A DNA stretch of 64,000 nt from a virus (taxonomy: Duplodnaviria > Caudoviricetes), in the IMG/VR virus record IMGVR_UViG_2974778606_000001, positions 68,886 to 132,885 of that record; one strand, 5' to 3'. Shown one piece after another: positions 60,798 through 64,000 of the stretch. Below the pieces are notes generated by a model. The model made no database searches and had not been told where the DNA came from. It saw only the letters and a list, made by a program, of their open reading frames with translations. A program made the position numbers and the translations under genes. Each line of letters begins with the position of its first letter. Position 1 is the first letter of the stretch.

Positions 60798-61079
60798 TTA
60801 CTTCTTGACCTTGCGGCGGTTGCTGTGGTTGCCGTTCATCAGGGCCGTGAAGTCCAGCATGATGTTCTGCTTGAAGTTGGTCGCTCCGTGGAACTTGCCG
60901 TCCTGGTCACGGATGACGATGCGAACTTCGGTGTTGTCGCTGCCCGGAGTGGTCTTCCAGGTCTCCAGCCGGATGCTGTAGGTGGCCTTGGAGCCCTTGA
61001 CCTTGAAGCCCTCGGAGATGGCGACGGAGGAGACGATGTTCTTGAACTCGGTGTCGGTGTTCTTCGCCAGAGAGACCAT
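60798..61079 (-). CDS. Hypothetical cassette protein
   Basis: GAGGAG RBS; terminator and box downstream. Confidence 0.7.
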   Translation of the reverse strand: MVSLAKNTDTEFKNIVSSVAISEGFKVKGSKATYSIRLETWKTTPGSDNTEVRIVIRDQDGKFHGATNFKQNIMLDFTALMNGNHSNRRKVKK

Positions 61080-61224
61080 GAAAGCTCCTCAGAGTCTTAG
61101 CTTGGGGTTCCTTCCCCCTTGCTGATAGCTAAAGTCTACACGACCCAAGGGACATCGTGCAACCCATCTAGCTACCGGAATTTTGGGCCGGGGCGGCCAA
61201 AAGGCCCCCGAAGGGGCCAGTTGG

Positions 61225-61509
61225 TCAGCCGTTCTCCTTTTCCTCCTGAGCCCTGCGCAGGTACGAAAGGTCTTCCAGAGTGCGAGAGATGGCGTTCAGC
61301 GTCTCATACGCTTCGGCCTTGCTGAAACCGATGTACCCACGGTCACCCGTGCCAGGTGCAGCCGAACCGCCCTCTACGAACACACGGTGAGCAATGCCCA
61401 TGGAGGGCGTACCTTCCTGATAGGACAGCTCCAGCTCAATGCCCATGGCTTCCCAGTTGCGACGGTAACGCTCAAGAGCGGTGATGATGTCAGCCTTGGA
61501 AACGCGCAT
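61225..61509 (-). CDS. Hypothetical cassette protein
   Basis: Promoter and RBS upstream; terminator and box downstream. Confidence 0.7.
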   Translation of the reverse strand: MRVSKADIITALERYRRNWEAMGIELELSYQEGTPSMGIAHRVFVEGGSAAPGTGDRGYIGFSKAEAYETLNAISRTLEDLSYLRRAQEEKENG

Positions 61510-61608
61510 TTGGGGTTCCTTCCCTCTCGGTGTAAGTAGAGTCTAACACAGTCCAGGGGCTGAGTACAACACCCAATTTAGGCCGGGGCGGCCCCGAAGG
61601 GCCTCCCG

Positions 61609-61938
61609 TTACTTCAGCTTGGCCAGAAGAGAGCTGATTTCCTGCCGAAGCTCCGATTCCGGACGCAGGCCGCGCTCCTCCTTCATCATACGCTCGAAAT
61701 ACGCCTTCAGCTCCGTCTTGTTGTACGGACCGTACACGCCCTTGTCAGTGGTGTAATTGATTTTCTCGAAGGGCATCGGGCAGGAGCAACCAGAGTCGCT
61801 TGCCACGTAGTAACGTCCTCGCGCTTCCTTCCACACCTGAGTGATGTTGAACTGCCAGCTCTCCTGGTCCCAGTCGAACGAACCGATGTACTCCAGGGAG
61901 TCAAGCAGGACGAGCGGAGGCTTCGAAATGTCGGTCAT
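61609..61938 (-). CDS. Hypothetical cassette protein
   Basis: DSGCSCP.PFE motif. Confidence 0.7.
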   Translation of the reverse strand: MTDISKPPLVLLDSLEYIGSFDWDQESWQFNITQVWKEARGRYYVASDSGCSCPMPFEKINYTTDKGVYGPYNKTELKAYFERMMKEERGLRPESELRQEISSLLAKLK

Positions 61939-62049
61939 GGCGTTCCCCTCTCGGATTTCTTAGTCATAGTCTAGCAGGCCGATTTTTTAGTCGCAAGCCC
62001 AAACTCAAGATTTTTAGTCTGGGCCGGGGCGGCCCCGAAGGGCCGACCC

Positions 62050-62361
62050 TCACTCATAGGGTCGGTATTCGTCCCAATCCGCTCCCTCGTGGTTTTCGAA
62101 CTCGATACGAACCGTGTCGCCCAGACGGTGATTCACGCTCCAAATCTCTCGATTGGAGCCCTGGTAGCGCCTCTGAGCCTTGGCCCACTTGTAGGTCTTT
62201 TCAGCGCGCTTGCGGGAACGGTGCTGCCAGGATTCGACACAAACACCGTAGTTGAACCAGCGCCCGCCCTCTTCCGGACCACCATAGGCACGGTCGATGA
62301 AGTAGACGTTGACCCAGTGCTTGTTCCGACGACGCTGACCGGAACGAAGACGCTTAGCCAT
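62050..62361 (-). CDS. Hypothetical cassette protein
   Basis: GGAGG RBS; RAYGGPEEGG.W. Confidence 0.7.
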   Translation of the reverse strand: MAKRLRSGQRRRNKHWVNVYFIDRAYGGPEEGGRWFNYGVCVESWQHRSRKRAEKTYKWAKAQRRYQGSNREIWSVNHRLGDTVRIEFENHEGADWDEYRPYE

Positions 62362-62469
62362 TTGGCCTCCCTTGTTGATGACCTAAGTCTAACAGAAGCC
62401 TAGGACAGACACAACATGCTTGCCAGGATATGTAAGCATCGAACCGCCCCGGTCCAAAAAATTCAGCAT

Positions 62470-62533
62470 AAAATTCACCCCTGTTTTCAACAGGTTTTCC
62501 CTTAGAAATTCCTTGAAAACAGGGGTGAATTTT
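62470..62533. repeat. Perfect 21-bp inverted repeat with 22-nt spacer
   Basis: AAAATTCACCCCTGTTTTCAA ... TTGAAAACAGGGGTGAATTTT. Confidence 0.9.
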
Positions 62534-63077
62534 TTCTATGAAGTTTTTTCGAAGGTCAGAAGGGCACGATTTCGTTACTTCCATCGCCACAAAGGCAATG
62601 TTTCGAGTGTCGCGCCCCAACGGGGGTCATTCCACTTTCCCGAAACCGAACAATCATGTTCGGAAAGGAAGAAGTGGACATTACGCCCGATTCGGTCCGC
62701 AGACCGGCCCTCTCAAGAATCAGAGAGCCGGAATGCGTGAATCGAGGGGCTTTCTTCTTTCGAAGCATGTTTGCCCCTTTTTACATCAGACGAGTTCGGA
62801 CATGTGCGGGTAGGCGTCCCAGTCGAAGCCGTCCACACGGTCCGCATCCTGCACGTCCGAGGCAGGCAGTTCGATGGTGCTCAGAACGCCAGCGTCACGG
62901 GCCTGCTCAAGAAGGTCACGAAGGTCCATGGTGTGTACTTCCTCTCGCTTGGTGTAGTACCAGTCTAGCCCATGGGATGGGTAGATGCAAGCACGTAAAT
63001 CGTGGGAATTTTTTGAGGGCCTTCGTACACGCGCGGGGGAAATGTGGGGAATCTACGTAATGCCCCTTAAAAGAGGT

Positions 63078-63180
63078 CTATATGGGTATACCCCATATGG
63101 GTGATATGCACTATATGGGTAGGTATGCACCTATATGCCCTATATGTACCCATATGTACCAGTATGGGTAGGTATGTCCC
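63078..63180. repeat. Imperfect tandem array of (C/T)ATATG units
   Basis: TATATGGGTA, CATATGGGTG, TATATGGGTA, TATATGCC, TATATGTAC, CATATGTAC. Confidence 0.8.
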
Positions 63181-63348
63181 CAATGTCCGTTTTGTCCACC
63201 CCAGATTTGAGGGTGTCCGATTTGCCCCATATGTCGGGCCGCCTCGGTTCGTTACCAATCCTTTACCTAGAATCTTGCTGAATCTAGGGTTTAGCCCCTG
63301 TGGAGCGGGTACTATGTAGGCATAGCCACTACACACCAGGGAGACACG

Positions 63349-63813
63349 ATGAACGCCACCGCCACCGCCCCGGTCACCACGCACAACGCTGACAACCACC
63401 AGTGCCGAGCAGATGAGCGCACGGCCGGTAGCAAGTACCGTAGGCAGATGGTCGCTACCATCCTGTACCTTGCCTCCCTCACTGGCCACAGTGACGGTAA
63501 GACCTACGCTGTGTGTGTGGGTTGTGGTGAGAATGCCTACCTTGACCGTTCCCCCCGTGCTATGGACGCGTTCAACATGGGGCACGTGCAGAGTGACGCT
63601 ACGGGTGGCACGTACTGTGTGGCCAACATGCTTCCCCTTTGCCGACAGTGCAACGCTGACATGGGCAGTGACCACATGATGGACGTTCTCATTCCTCTTT
63701 ATGACAATCGGGACATGTGGGATGGCAAGCTGCTGCGTGACCCCGGCATGGTCAAGGAAGAGGCGCACGCGAACCGTGGCCGTGCCTCTTGGAAGCGCCC
63801 TGAGAGCGTCTGA
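63349..63813 (+). CDS. HNH-like protein
   Basis: CVGCG, GHV....GG....N..PLCRQCN. Confidence 0.65.
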   Translation: MNATATAPVTTHNADNHQCRADERTAGSKYRRQMVATILYLASLTGHSDGKTYAVCVGCGENAYLDRSPRAMDAFNMGHVQSDATGGTYCVANMLPLCRQCNADMGSDHMMDVLIPLYDNRDMWDGKLLRDPGMVKEEAHANRGRASWKRPESV

Positions 63814-64000
63814 GACGCTTTTCTCCCCTCCCTGGGAGTGGTGGCCCAGGGAGGGGAGATAGGCCCGGAGACGGGCGCACAGGGCTTTTGAAAGCCGTTT
63901 TCAAATGGCCTGCCCGGCATCGTGGAACCTTCCCCGGAGAGTTTGTCAAGGGGTATGGGCGCACTATCTGAATTGTTACAAAGGTATGCGGAGCATGTAT

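Larger units (their letters stand above)
53749..62455. repeat. Dispersed CCGGGGCGGCC box, about one per intergenic gap
   Basis: Exact copies at 54170, 55381, 56015, 56573, 57731, 59034, 59606, 60276, 60758, 61188, 61583, 62024; variant at 53749; inverted variants at 58635 and 62441. Confidence 0.92.

Noticed and set aside
53749-62455. GC boxes as a CRISPR array or integron attC sites
   Set aside because: The repeat is only 11 bp, the spacers are whole genes of 0.4-1.3 kb, there is no cas or integrase gene in the window, and there is no attC core pattern

Overview
Right-hand part of a large tailed-phage genome. WhiB, Lsr2, a TraB/FtsK-like ATPase, NlpC/P60 and HrdB-type promoters point to an actinobacterial host, most likely Streptomyces. 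The layout resembles the large tRNA-rich Streptomyces siphophages (cluster BE/BK type); this is an inference, no search was run. Positions 1-52.5 kb are all on the + strand: the terminase C-terminus, then about 43 hand-folded tRNA genes covering all 20 amino acids, a compact tmRNA and many small genes. This region also carries an RNA repair and surveillance set (Ro60/TROVE, Rnl1-type ligase, PseT-type kinase/phosphatase, Pol-beta nucleotidyltransferase, cyclic-phosphate receiver domain, DEDDh RNase), rIIA/rIIB, WhiB and NADAR. Positions 52.6-64 kb are a more GC-rich block, probably early genes or terminal repeat, made of minus-strand one- or two-gene cassettes. Main unexplained signals: (1) three related Y-RNA-like genes matching the Ro60 protein; (2) nine ORFs that start exactly 2 nt after a tRNA discriminator base, suggesting tRNA processing releases leaderless mRNAs and spacer ncRNAs; (3) a family of tRNA mimics, including a tag-less mini-tmRNA-like RNA; (4) a cassette array punctuated by about 15 copies of CCGGGGCGGCC; (5) a TraB-like translocase near a GACATGTC repeat cluster. 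All RNA folds and coordinates were derived by eye and may be off by a few nt.
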